A stretch of DNA of 64,000 bases, taken from contig SVIC01000003.1 in assembly GCA_015055515.1 (NCBI GenBank), positions 15,435-79,434 of the forward strand, read 5' to 3'. The notes beneath the pieces are model-generated. The model searched no databases, was not told the DNA's origin, and saw only the letters and a program-made list of their open reading frames with translations. Position 1 is the first letter of the stretch. Each line of letters begins with the position of its first letter. This DNA is from Clostridiales bacterium. GTDB lineage: Bacteria; Bacillota; Clostridia; Christensenellales; UBA1242. Positions 15,686-25,476 of the stretch are shown piece after piece. The position numbers and the translations under genes were made by a program.

Positions 15686-15762
15686 TGGTGGAGATAAAGA
15701 GATTCGAACTCTTGACCCCCTGCTTGCAAGGCAGGTGCTCTAGCCAGCTGAGCTATACCCCC
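15686..15762 (-). tRNA. tRNA-Ala (anticodon UGC), CCA encoded
   Basis: The reverse complement is GGGGGTATAGCTCAGCTGGCTAGAGCACCTGCCTTGCAAGCAGGGGGTCAAGAGTTCGAATCTCTTTATCTCCACCA. The G3:U70 identity pair is present, the anticodon loop is CTTGCAA, and all four stems pair. Confidence 0.95.
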
Positions 15763-15792
15763 ATAACGCATCTTTTTTCAAAATGCGATATT

Positions 15793-15821
15793 ATATTAAC
15801 ATTTATTAATAGCGTTGTCAA
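15793..15821 (-). promoter_or_regulatory. Sigma-A promoter of the tRNA-Ala/tRNA-Ile unit (TTGACA-17-TAATAT)
   Basis: The - strand has TTGACA at 15816..15821, a 17-nt spacer and TAATAT at 15793..15798, about 30 nt upstream of the tRNA-Ala 5' end. Confidence 0.65.
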
Positions 15822-15893
15822 TGATTTTTTATAGAAATTTCAAAAAAATTTATTTTTATTATAACACCTCATATAATTATCACTTCTAATACA

Positions 15894-15920
15894 AAATATC
15901 TCTGGTCATCCCAGAGATAT
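15894..15920 (-). terminator. Terminator hairpin downstream of the 15925..16338 gene
   Basis: There is an 11-bp perfect stem AATATCTCTGG/CCAGAGATATT with a 5-nt loop, followed on the - strand by TTTGTATT (a weak U-tract). Confidence 0.5.
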
Positions 15921-15924
15921 TCTA

Positions 15925-16338
15925 TTACAATACTCCTAAATAAAACAAAATTGCAATGATTAATCCAAAAAATGCAACCAAGTATAGTACCAAAGCCAAC
16001 CAGCCTAAAAACTTTTTATTTAGACACAATTGCTTTATAACCAAATTAAGACTTATAAAAATAAACGGAAAACCATACAAAAATAAGTATATTCCCACTA
16101 CTAATGCCAACAATGCAAGAAAGAACGCAAATGGTATATTGTTAAATCCATACACAAACAAAGCCAATCCACCAAAACACAAGCCTGCATATAATATGAT
16201 ATATAATATTGCCCTTTTCGCAAACGCTACAGTATTGTTCTTTATTTCTGGATTAGACTTTGCATTATTATATGCTATTCTTGCTTCGATAAAATAGTCT
16301 ATAAATTTCAACAGACTAAATATATTTCTTTTCTTCAT
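15925..16338 (-). CDS. Hypothetical polytopic membrane protein
   Basis: The 137-aa ORF has a GGGAGG RBS and 3 to 4 hydrophobic helices. It lies 9 nt downstream of the preceding gene. No family recognised. Confidence 0.65.
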   Translation of the reverse strand: MKKRNIFSLLKFIDYFIEARIAYNNAKSNPEIKNNTVAFAKRAILYIILYAGLCFGGLALFVYGFNNIPFAFFLALLALVVGIYLFLYGFPFIFISLNLVIKQLCLNKKFLGWLALVLYLVAFFGLIIAILFYLGVL

Positions 16339-16347
16339 AACGCCTCC

Positions 16348-17193
16348 CTAGAAATCAAATCCTGAATTAAGTGAGGATAAATGATTAACCTTTTTCTTCT
16401 TACACACTCTCTCATAAGCTCTAGCATGTACCATAAAGTCTTCTTGTTCCTCATATGGCAATTCCATAAATTTCTTATTTGCCTTTTTCTTCTCTAATAT
16501 TAAGAAAGTTAACAATGTAGCACACAATGCCATTATTCCTAAACCAATTCCAAGCACTACTAAAACCGCCTTAGTTGGCATATCCTCAACCAGTACAAAC
16601 AATCCAATCATTATGGATGCAATTATCACCATTATAATTATAATACTTCTAATAGAGTTCTTTATCTCATGGCCAACAGCCATCTCTTGAATACTAAACT
16701 TAGACATTGCAAACATTCTTCTAGTTAAATATATAAAGAACAACAATTCTCCCACAAATGCCGCTATAATAATTAAAACAAGCACCCATAAGAATACCGA
16801 CATAATAGAGCCCAGTGCAGGACCTATTGCGAATATATCGTACTCTACCCTAATCATAGCTTGCTCTGTAACACCTATTAGATTACATATCATTGGAATA
16901 AGATTAGTAATCACAAAAAATGTAACAAATGCAATACTTGCCACCAAAAAGACAGCTGAGATTACTCCTAAAATAAGAAAAAGCGTTCGGGCTTTATCAG
17001 GACTATCTACCGAATATTTAAGATATGGTATATCTACACCGTAGGACAACCCTTTTTCTCTTGCCTTCTTTACCCTATTATAAGAATACCTACTATATGA
17101 TTGCTTTTCAATAGCATCACTCTCTGCCACATCTGACATATCGATGTCTTCCGACACCTGGTTAATCATATCGAAAGGATCCTTTTCTGCCAT
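16348..17193 (-). CDS. Hypothetical polytopic membrane protein with an acidic N-terminus
   Basis: The 281-aa ORF has a GAGGAGG RBS and about 6 TM helices. Both the N- and C-terminal tails are charged. No family recognised. Confidence 0.65.
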   Translation of the reverse strand: MAEKDPFDMINQVSEDIDMSDVAESDAIEKQSYSRYSYNRVKKAREKGLSYGVDIPYLKYSVDSPDKARTLFLILGVISAVFLVASIAFVTFFVITNLIPMICNLIGVTEQAMIRVEYDIFAIGPALGSIMSVFLWVLVLIIIAAFVGELLFFIYLTRRMFAMSKFSIQEMAVGHEIKNSIRSIIIIMVIIASIMIGLFVLVEDMPTKAVLVVLGIGLGIMALCATLLTFLILEKKKANKKFMELPYEEQEDFMVHARAYERVCKKKKVNHLSSLNSGFDF

Positions 17194-17278
17194 TACTATA
17201 CCTCCTCTATTCCATTGTAATATATCACATTTATTATTTTTTGTGAAACAAATAAGTCAATAATATCAAAAGTAAAAA

Positions 17279-18790
17279 TTAGAACATAGGTGAAAATATA
17301 GAGATAAATCCACAGAACAACTCAATAAAAATATTCATCCTTGTCATTTCTAACGTCTGTTCTTCACTTACATCTAGAATATTTAGCATATCTGACCTGA
17401 TATCTTTGATACACTCATTTCCACACAACCACACGCCATCTTCATAATGATGTACAAGCGACCTATAATCGTAATTCATTGTTCCAACTATCGCCATTTC
17501 ATCATCAACCAATATCATCTTGCTATGAATAAAACCTGGAGTATATTTATATACTTTTACCCCGTATGACAACAATCTTCTATAATTACTCTTAGTCAAC
17601 GCATACACCATCTTCTTATCAGGAATTCCTGGAACTATCAGCTTTACATCCACTCCTCTAGATACTGCAACCTTCAAAGCATTTAATATCTGATAATCTA
17701 CAATGAAGTATGGCGTAGTTATAATAATAGATTTTCTTGCCTTATTAATCATATTAAGATAAGTATTCTGAGCAATTTGTTCACTATACACTGGCTTTGG
17801 ACCATCACAAAATGGTTGAACATAGCCATCTGTTGCCATATTTACCCTTGATGCAACCACATAATTGCTATACATATCTACCTTTCTTGTCTGAGAATTA
17901 TATTGTTGCAAAAACATTATTGTAAAATTGTCAACAGCCTTTCCTTCAATTCTTAAAGCAGTGTCCTTCCAATATCCGAAAGGATGAACAATATTAACAT
18001 ATTCATCACCTATATTAATACCACCAGTATATGCTATAACGCCGTCTATAATAGTAATTTTTCTATGGTCTCTATTGTTATGAATAGCAGAAATAATCGG
18101 TTTGAACTTGTTATATTTAACAATCTGTATGCCTAATTTTTTTAATTTCCTAAAGAAGTTCGCCGACACCTTATTAATCGTTCCAATGTCATCATACATA
18201 ATGCGTACTTCCACACCATTTGACAAACGATCCTTAATAACCTTCAATATTTCTTGCCACATTATGCCATCTTTGATGTAGAAATACTCCATAAATATAA
18301 ACTTCTCTGCCCTTTTAAGATCTTTTATCAAATTATGCAAAAAGTCTTGACCAGTAGGCAGATATTTGACCGATGTGCCATCATGACAAGGCATAAAAGA
18401 TGTAGAGCATATATAATTACTAATATCAGCATATTTATCCAGTGATTTTATATGCTTTTTTGAATACTTCGATGATACTGCTCTTGTTTTTCTAAACATC
18501 TGCATTTGCCTATAAGAGATGAGTTTCTTAGAAAATATAACATACAATGTTGTACCAGCAACAGGGAAAACTAAACATATAACTAACCATGGTATCTTAT
18601 GTGATGGATTAGTGTCATCATTAACAATCTTTAATAACACTACAAACCTAATAATTGTAAGACAATATGAAACCCATCCCACATATATTGATAGATAATA
18701 CACACCAAAAACTATCAAGGCTAACCTTAATAACATTGATAATATTAATAATGTAGATCTATTAAATATAATTTTGAAATAATTTAGCAT
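17279..18790 (-). CDS. cls: Cardiolipin synthase (PLD superfamily)
   Basis: The 503-aa protein has two N-terminal TM helices and two HKD motifs (HRKITIIDG and HSKMILVDD). Confidence 0.92.
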   Translation of the reverse strand: MLNYFKIIFNRSTLLILSMLLRLALIVFGVYYLSIYVGWVSYCLTIIRFVVLLKIVNDDTNPSHKIPWLVICLVFPVAGTTLYVIFSKKLISYRQMQMFRKTRAVSSKYSKKHIKSLDKYADISNYICSTSFMPCHDGTSVKYLPTGQDFLHNLIKDLKRAEKFIFMEYFYIKDGIMWQEILKVIKDRLSNGVEVRIMYDDIGTINKVSANFFRKLKKLGIQIVKYNKFKPIISAIHNNRDHRKITIIDGVIAYTGGINIGDEYVNIVHPFGYWKDTALRIEGKAVDNFTIMFLQQYNSQTRKVDMYSNYVVASRVNMATDGYVQPFCDGPKPVYSEQIAQNTYLNMINKARKSIIITTPYFIVDYQILNALKVAVSRGVDVKLIVPGIPDKKMVYALTKSNYRRLLSYGVKVYKYTPGFIHSKMILVDDEMAIVGTMNYDYRSLVHHYEDGVWLCGNECIKDIRSDMLNILDVSEEQTLEMTRMNIFIELFCGFISIFSPMF

Positions 18791-18898
18791 TTGTTCACCA
18801 TCTATAAGTATTATATGTCAATATAACACTTTGACTATTATATAGCACAAATTTACTTAAATTAATAATAAAAAAGTATATTTTATATCATTTTTCAT

Positions 18899-18943
18899 AA
18901 AAAAAAGTAGCGTCACATTACTAAAAGTAATTGTGACTACTAC
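18899..18943 (-). terminator. Terminator downstream of the fused ABC transporter gene
   Basis: A long imperfect hairpin (18906..18943, arms AGTAG..TCACATTACT / AGTAATTGTGA..CTACT) is followed on the - strand by T8. Confidence 0.5.
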
Positions 18944-18947
18944 TTAA

Positions 18948-21833
18948 TTATTCTGTTCTAAGTGCAATAACAGGATCTTTTTTGCTTGCAATATGTGCAG
19001 GAATAAGACCTGCAATAAATGTAAGTAACATACTAATACCAATTAGAATAAATGCTCCTCCTATTGGTAATGCCGCAACACCTGATAGACCTGCTAATGC
19101 GTGTATTATTATATTGATTGGGATATTCAATAGTAGCGTTACAACTATACCTAAAACTCCCGCCATAGTACCAATAATAAGGCTCTCCGCCGTGAATACC
19201 CTCTTGACATCTTTCTTTGAAGCACCAACACTCCTTAATACACCTATCTCCTTTATCCTTTCTAGCACAGAGATATAGGTAATGATGCCTATCATTATAC
19301 TTGATACAATTAGCGAAATAGACACAAACGCAATAAGAACATAGGATATTGCATTAATGATTGTACTGATTGACGACATCATAATTCCAACAAAGTCGGT
19401 ATAAGATATCTTATCCTCTTCTACCTTATCTTCATTATATTCTGCAACAATTCTCTCAATCTCTGCCTTACTCTCAAAATCTGTACAATAGATACTAACA
19501 GATGTAGGACTAGATACATCAATAGTCTGAACCATTGTTGCATCCATTCCTTTTCTAATAATCTCTGCATTCTGCATATTTATTATCTTCTCTGTAAGTA
19601 GATGTGAATATCCTATTGCGCCACCTATAGATGTAGCAGACACGCCTTCTTTTGGCTTAACTATCGCCTTAATCTTAAGATCAATCTTGTTCTGACCATC
19701 TACCCTATTATCTATCAAATAATCAACCAATTCATTATACTTTAATTCTGTCAATGGGTTAGACATATTGTCCATTGATTTGATTTTTGTTCTAATGTCT
19801 ACATAATCACCATCGCTAACAATATTACCCGCATTATCCAATCTTTGATAAAAATCAGTTTCAAGGATTAATGGATAAGTCTTGCCTATCACATCACTAT
19901 GATTAAATGAAGATGGCTCAATTACATAATCCTTCATATTATTAGCTAATCCTGTAGCCACTTCTTCTATTGTAGGCGAAGTCTTAATACCAAGTGCATA
20001 AAGATTATAATCACTTAGATTACCATTCTCATCTACAACTAAAATAATCTCATTATAAGCCAAATCTTCAAACAACTTATCTTTGTCTGCACCAGATTCG
20101 ATCGCAACTACATCATACTGCGAGTGCAACAACTGTGGATTGTCTAGCATTTCATTCCACACACCCAAATCGTCCGAGCCCATAGAGCTTAGATCGCCCA
20201 TGGTAGTACCACCAGAACTTGTGGCTGAATTAAATCGTGCCATTGTCTCCGCCATGATCTGAGCTTTTAACGCTGGTCTAACTGCGACTCTTATTGCATT
20301 ACGGTCGGACTCGGAACAACTAGATATTATCATTTGCTTTTCTGCATCAGACAATGCATCTTTAGTAGTATCCACCAATACCTTTTCTTCTTTAGTCATT
20401 GTTACATTGGTTATTCCCAATTGCTGTTTTACTGCATTAGTAATTATTGCATCATCAACTGCGCCTTCAATTCTATTTGGAATTTCCTTCTCTGCAACAG
20501 AATCAAAGAATGCCATTACACCATCCTGAAACATGGTATTAGGAGTTAATTGAGTAGTGATCTCTTTTGTACTACCGCCATCACTGATTGTATGCCTACC
20601 ATAAATATTCATATCAATTGAATATGTGTATTGAATACCAGCAACATACTGCTGCAATTCTTGGTTACTGTCAATAAATTTTTTGAAGTCCTTTAAGTTG
20701 TTAGTTCTAGCACCTTGCAAAATATTCTTAAACAAATTGATAATGACATCATTGCTGTATATTTTGTCAGGATCTGATACGCTATTGTCATTATCTGTCG
20801 TACTCATGACCATTTCAAGCATTGCCGAATAATCTACTGTAGCCGCATTTATAGTTATAGGATATGTGGACAATGTATCATTCTGAACCCTATCAATATA
20901 CGCTTGAAAACCACTAGAAAGCGACAATATTAATGCTATACCGATTATGCCAATACTGCCAGCAAAAGACACTAGAATTGTCCTTGCCTTCTTAGTAAGT
21001 AAGTTCTTAAAACTAAGACTAAGTGCAGTGAGAAATGACATCCTTTTTTTCTTATTTTTTGTTTTTATTTCTTTCTTCGTGAGTTCTGTATCATCTGTCA
21101 TGCTTAGCAATTTATCATTAACTATATCTTCATCATCAGCTACAGGATTACTATCACCCACCAGCTCACCATCTTTAAGATTAATAATACGAGAAGAATA
21201 TGTATCTGCTAGCTCAGGATTATGGGTAACCATAATGATTAGTTTTTCTTTAGATATTTCTTTTAAGATTTCCATTACTTGTACACTTGTTTTGCTATCC
21301 AATGCACCCGTTGGCTCATCTGCTAGTATTATATCTGGATCGTTAACTAGAGCTCTTGCAATAGCCACTCTTTGCATCTGACCACCAGACAACTGATTTG
21401 GCTTGGAATGTAATTTATCTTTCAATCCAACCTTTTTTAATACATCTTTTGCTCTTCTTTCCCTTTCTTTTTTACTAACACCAGATAATGTCAATGCCAA
21501 TTGCACATTCTCTAGTACTGTCTGATGAGGAATAAGATTATAGCTTTGGAACACAAAACCAATGGAGTGATTACGATATGTATCCCAATCCTTGTCTGTA
21601 TATGACTTTGTACTTCTACCATTTATAATCAAATCGCCACTAGTATATTTGTCCAACCCGCCTATGATATTAAGAAGTGTTGTCTTTCCACATCCAGACT
21701 GACCAAGTATTGATACAAACTCACTGCGTCTGAATTTAACACTAACACCTTTTAATGCATCAACTCTAAGATACGTACCCTTCTTTGCCTTGCCAAGTTC
21801 ATACACTTTAGATATCTTTTTCAGCTCTAACAT
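18948..21833 (-). CDS. Fused ABC transporter: N-terminal ATPase plus FtsX/MacB-type permease with a very large extracytoplasmic domain
   Basis: The 961-aa protein has Walker A GQSGCGKTT, signature LSGGQMQRVAIARAL and Walker B IILADEPTGALD. TM1 is near aa 285-308, roughly 500 aa of soluble domain follow, and three C-terminal TM helices (the FtsX-like pattern) close the protein. Confidence 0.85.
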   Translation of the reverse strand: MLELKKISKVYELGKAKKGTYLRVDALKGVSVKFRRSEFVSILGQSGCGKTTLLNIIGGLDKYTSGDLIINGRSTKSYTDKDWDTYRNHSIGFVFQSYNLIPHQTVLENVQLALTLSGVSKKERERRAKDVLKKVGLKDKLHSKPNQLSGGQMQRVAIARALVNDPDIILADEPTGALDSKTSVQVMEILKEISKEKLIIMVTHNPELADTYSSRIINLKDGELVGDSNPVADDEDIVNDKLLSMTDDTELTKKEIKTKNKKKRMSFLTALSLSFKNLLTKKARTILVSFAGSIGIIGIALILSLSSGFQAYIDRVQNDTLSTYPITINAATVDYSAMLEMVMSTTDNDNSVSDPDKIYSNDVIINLFKNILQGARTNNLKDFKKFIDSNQELQQYVAGIQYTYSIDMNIYGRHTISDGGSTKEITTQLTPNTMFQDGVMAFFDSVAEKEIPNRIEGAVDDAIITNAVKQQLGITNVTMTKEEKVLVDTTKDALSDAEKQMIISSCSESDRNAIRVAVRPALKAQIMAETMARFNSATSSGGTTMGDLSSMGSDDLGVWNEMLDNPQLLHSQYDVVAIESGADKDKLFEDLAYNEIILVVDENGNLSDYNLYALGIKTSPTIEEVATGLANNMKDYVIEPSSFNHSDVIGKTYPLILETDFYQRLDNAGNIVSDGDYVDIRTKIKSMDNMSNPLTELKYNELVDYLIDNRVDGQNKIDLKIKAIVKPKEGVSATSIGGAIGYSHLLTEKIINMQNAEIIRKGMDATMVQTIDVSSPTSVSIYCTDFESKAEIERIVAEYNEDKVEEDKISYTDFVGIMMSSISTIINAISYVLIAFVSISLIVSSIMIGIITYISVLERIKEIGVLRSVGASKKDVKRVFTAESLIIGTMAGVLGIVVTLLLNIPINIIIHALAGLSGVAALPIGGAFILIGISMLLTFIAGLIPAHIASKKDPVIALRTE

Positions 21834-21994
21834 AATCCGCCTCCTAAATATTAAACCATTATATCATATAGTAATAATAATGAATAATAAAAATAACAAT
21901 TATTATAAAAAACATCCTCAAATTCTAAAATATTATGTTATAAACTATTAAAAAGTCATGTAATAAAGCCTTTTTATAATTATTGCATATCAGT

Positions 21995-22020
21995 AAAAAA
22001 AACTAGCACCTAAGTGCTAG
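21995..22020 (-). terminator. Rho-independent terminator of gap
   Basis: Stem CTAGCAC/GTGCTAG (22003..22009 / 22014..22020) has a 4-nt loop and is followed on the - strand by T8. Confidence 0.7.
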
Positions 22021-22037
22021 CTATATATCATTAAAAA

Positions 22038-23069
<1,032 letters not shown>

Positions 23070-23101
23070 TTATTGTATTTGGACATCGTCCTATACCATT
23101 A

Positions 23102-23130
23102 ATTTTATCAAAATGATTGTTTTATATCAA
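23102..23130 (-). promoter_or_regulatory. Sigma-A promoter of gap (TTGATA-17-TGaTAAAAT)
   Basis: The - strand has TTGATA at 23125..23130, a 17-nt spacer and an extended -10 with TAAAAT at 23102..23107. Confidence 0.6.
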
Positions 23131-23162
23131 ATTATTTGACATACAATTTGTAAAAATACAAC

Positions 23163-23183
23163 AAAAAAACGCCATAACGGCGT
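23163..23183 (-). terminator. Terminator downstream of the 23187..24101 gene
   Basis: Stem ACGCC/GGCGT (23169..23173 / 23179..23183) is flanked by an A7 run on one side and T4 on the other. On the - strand it is followed by T-rich sequence. Confidence 0.5.
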
Positions 23184-23186
23184 CTT

Positions 23187-24101
23187 TTATTGTATTTTCA
23201 ACTTCAGATTATACTTCTCTGCCTTATCATCCAGATTATTAATCTCTTGCACTTGGACATAATCACCTATCCTATACGACAATCTAGTCTTCGTTATAAA
23301 GACCAAACTAACAAAAGCAGAGACTAAAATAATCGCAACCAATAATATTTGAGCAACAAGCCCCATCTGCATACCCACAGCAAGTGCCACGATCTCAAAG
23401 CCAAGCGAAACAACAAATACAGATAACATCATTATGAAAAATATCAAACTATATTTGTAATTCTTGGATATATCAGTATATTTCTTAGTAATTTCTTTAT
23501 TATCATTTGTCTTATTGTCTACAACATTCACAATGCTAGACTTAAAGCCTACAAAGCAATCAAGAATTCTTAATTGTCTATTCTTCTCAGGTAATTGATT
23601 TATAGTCTTAACAACCTCTAAATCCAACAACTGTATATCCGTCTCACCAGAGAAATCCTTATACACATTCAATACCTTTATGCCTAGATTGTAGAACATT
23701 GACCCAATACTCTGGATAAATTTACCAAAACCCGTTCTGGTCTTCTTAAGATACACAATCTTATTGCCAGACTTCCAACTGGTAATGAATGCCTTAATTA
23801 CATTTGCATTAATATCTTCCTTAGCAGAGTAGACAATTGTCGCAGGATAACTCTCACAATATCTCATACCCACAGTAATAAGCTTGTGTTCATTGACATC
23901 ACTCATCATCTTAATAGCCTTGACAGAGTCATTCTCTATAAACTTATTTCTTATATCAGCAAACATCTTCTGCATATTGCCATTCAACACATATATTACA
24001 TCGAAATCTGTTCTTAATTCCCTACAAGTCCTAGAAATAGTCTCATATTGAGATGTAAAATCATATTCATGCATTACTGGCAACAAAAAAACAACCTTCA
24101 T
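23187..24101 (-). CDS. Membrane protein with GT-A (GT2/GtrB-like) architecture, divergent
   Basis: The 304-aa protein has an N-terminal roughly 200-aa alpha/beta-looking domain that starts like GT2 enzymes (MKVVFLLPVMHEYDF...), followed by two C-terminal TM helices. I could not locate a clean DxD motif, so the call is weak. Confidence 0.35.
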   Translation of the reverse strand: MKVVFLLPVMHEYDFTSQYETISRTCRELRTDFDVIYVLNGNMQKMFADIRNKFIENDSVKAIKMMSDVNEHKLITVGMRYCESYPATIVYSAKEDINANVIKAFITSWKSGNKIVYLKKTRTGFGKFIQSIGSMFYNLGIKVLNVYKDFSGETDIQLLDLEVVKTINQLPEKNRQLRILDCFVGFKSSIVNVVDNKTNDNKEITKKYTDISKNYKYSLIFFIMMLSVFVVSLGFEIVALAVGMQMGLVAQILLVAIILVSAFVSLVFITKTRLSYRIGDYVQVQEINNLDDKAEKYNLKLKIQ

Positions 24102-24298
24102 TAATCTCTCCTAAGTATATTTTTACGTATTCTACAATATTATAATATTCAAGTCAAATCATTTTTAGGCTAAGAGAATTTTTTAATGCAACACATTTGC
24201 TAAATCATTCAAAAAAATCAAAAACTTACTTTTTTCATTTGGTCTTTTTTATTGCATTAAAGTATACTTAATGGCGATAAATAATTAAGGAGAAATAT

Positions 24299-25222
24299 AT
24301 GGAGTTACAAAATTCAAATGAAATATTCAAAAAAGCTATAGATGGCAAATACGCTATAGGTGCATTCAACTTTGTAAATATGGAGGTATTGAAAGCAATA
24401 ATAGAAGCAAGCAATGATAATAACAGCCCTGTTATAGTACAATGCTCTACCGGAGCAATAAAATATGCTGGAGTTGATACACTTGTGGCAATGGCAAAAA
24501 GCATGGCAAAAAATGTTAATATTCCTATATGTCTTAACCTTGACCATGGCAAGACATTCGAAGATTGTAAAATGGCTATAGATGCGGGTTTTACTAATGT
24601 AATGATAGATGCATCAAGTCTTCCGTATGAGGAAAATATTGCATTAACTAAGCGTGTTGTAGAATACGCACATAGCAAAAATGTTACGGTAGAGGCAGAA
24701 CTAGGCGTTCTAGCGGGCGTAGAAGAAGACATATCTGCATCTCACAATATATATACAGATCCTGATCAAGCATATGACTTTGTAAAGAGAACTGGTATCG
24801 ATAGCCTTGCTATAGCCATAGGTACTAGCCATGGCACACACAAATTCAAGGGAGACGCTATACTGAGACTAGACATATTGGCCCAGATTGAAGAGAAACT
24901 ACCAACCACCCCACTTGTATTACATGGTGCAAGTACAGTAACAAAAAAACTAGTAGAAAACGCCGAAAAGCAAGGAGTAATGCTAGATGGTGCAAACGGA
25001 GTTCCTGAGAATATGTTAAGCGAAGCTTGTAGCAAGCATATATGTAAAGTAAATGTGGACAGCGACCTTAAAATCGCATACACAACAGGTATTAGAAAAC
25101 ACTTAAATGAAAATGCTGAAAATGTGGATATACGAAAATATAATACATCTGCTATGGAAGAAGTAAAAAAAGTAGTAGCACATAAAATCCAAAACATATT
25201 CAATAGCAAAAATATGGCTTAA
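24299..25222 (+). CDS. fba: Class II fructose-1,6-bisphosphate aldolase
   Basis: The 307-aa protein has AFNFVNME, LNLDHG, GTSHGTHKF and LVLHGAS, the class II metal-ligand pattern. It has an AAGGAG RBS. Confidence 0.93.
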   Translation: MELQNSNEIFKKAIDGKYAIGAFNFVNMEVLKAIIEASNDNNSPVIVQCSTGAIKYAGVDTLVAMAKSMAKNVNIPICLNLDHGKTFEDCKMAIDAGFTNVMIDASSLPYEENIALTKRVVEYAHSKNVTVEAELGVLAGVEEDISASHNIYTDPDQAYDFVKRTGIDSLAIAIGTSHGTHKFKGDAILRLDILAQIEEKLPTTPLVLHGASTVTKKLVENAEKQGVMLDGANGVPENMLSEACSKHICKVNVDSDLKIAYTTGIRKHLNENAENVDIRKYNTSAMEEVKKVVAHKIQNIFNSKNMA

Positions 25223-25246
25223 TTTAGAAGAATTTTCAAATAATAC

Positions 25247-25273
25247 AAGAGTGGCAAATGTCACTCTTTTTTT
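25247..25273 (+). terminator. Rho-independent terminator of fba
   Basis: Stem AGAGTG/CACTCT (25248..25253 / 25262..25267) is followed by T7. Confidence 0.65.
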
Positions 25274-25408
25274 GTCCACAACGATACCATATAGAAAACC
25301 AACAGATAAATAAATTATTGCAAAATATACAAACATTAACTAAGCAATTAAAACAATTGCAAGAATAAAATATATAAATATATAAAAAATAAAGTATATA
25401 GTATTTAT

Positions 25409-25438
25409 TTGTCAAATTGTGACCAAATATGGTATCAT
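25409..25438 (+). promoter_or_regulatory. Candidate sigma-A promoter of the giant ORF (TTGTCA-18-TGgTATCAT)
   Basis: TTGTCA lies at 25409..25414, followed by an 18-nt spacer and an extended -10 with TATCAT at 25433..25438. It is about 40 nt upstream of the start and is preceded by a roughly 130-bp extremely AT-rich tract. Confidence 0.5.
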
Positions 25439-25476
25439 GATTATTGTAAAAAGTATGCAAATTACTTCGAAGAAAA

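Noticed and set aside
14930-15925. A genomic island or prophage could be integrated at tRNA-Ile, with the partial tRNA 3' ends as attL and attR.
   Set aside because: The duplicated tRNA ends are only 84-282 bp apart and no cargo lies between them. No integrase, excisionase or phage gene is present nearby. At most these are scars of past events, and they are reported as such in the findings.
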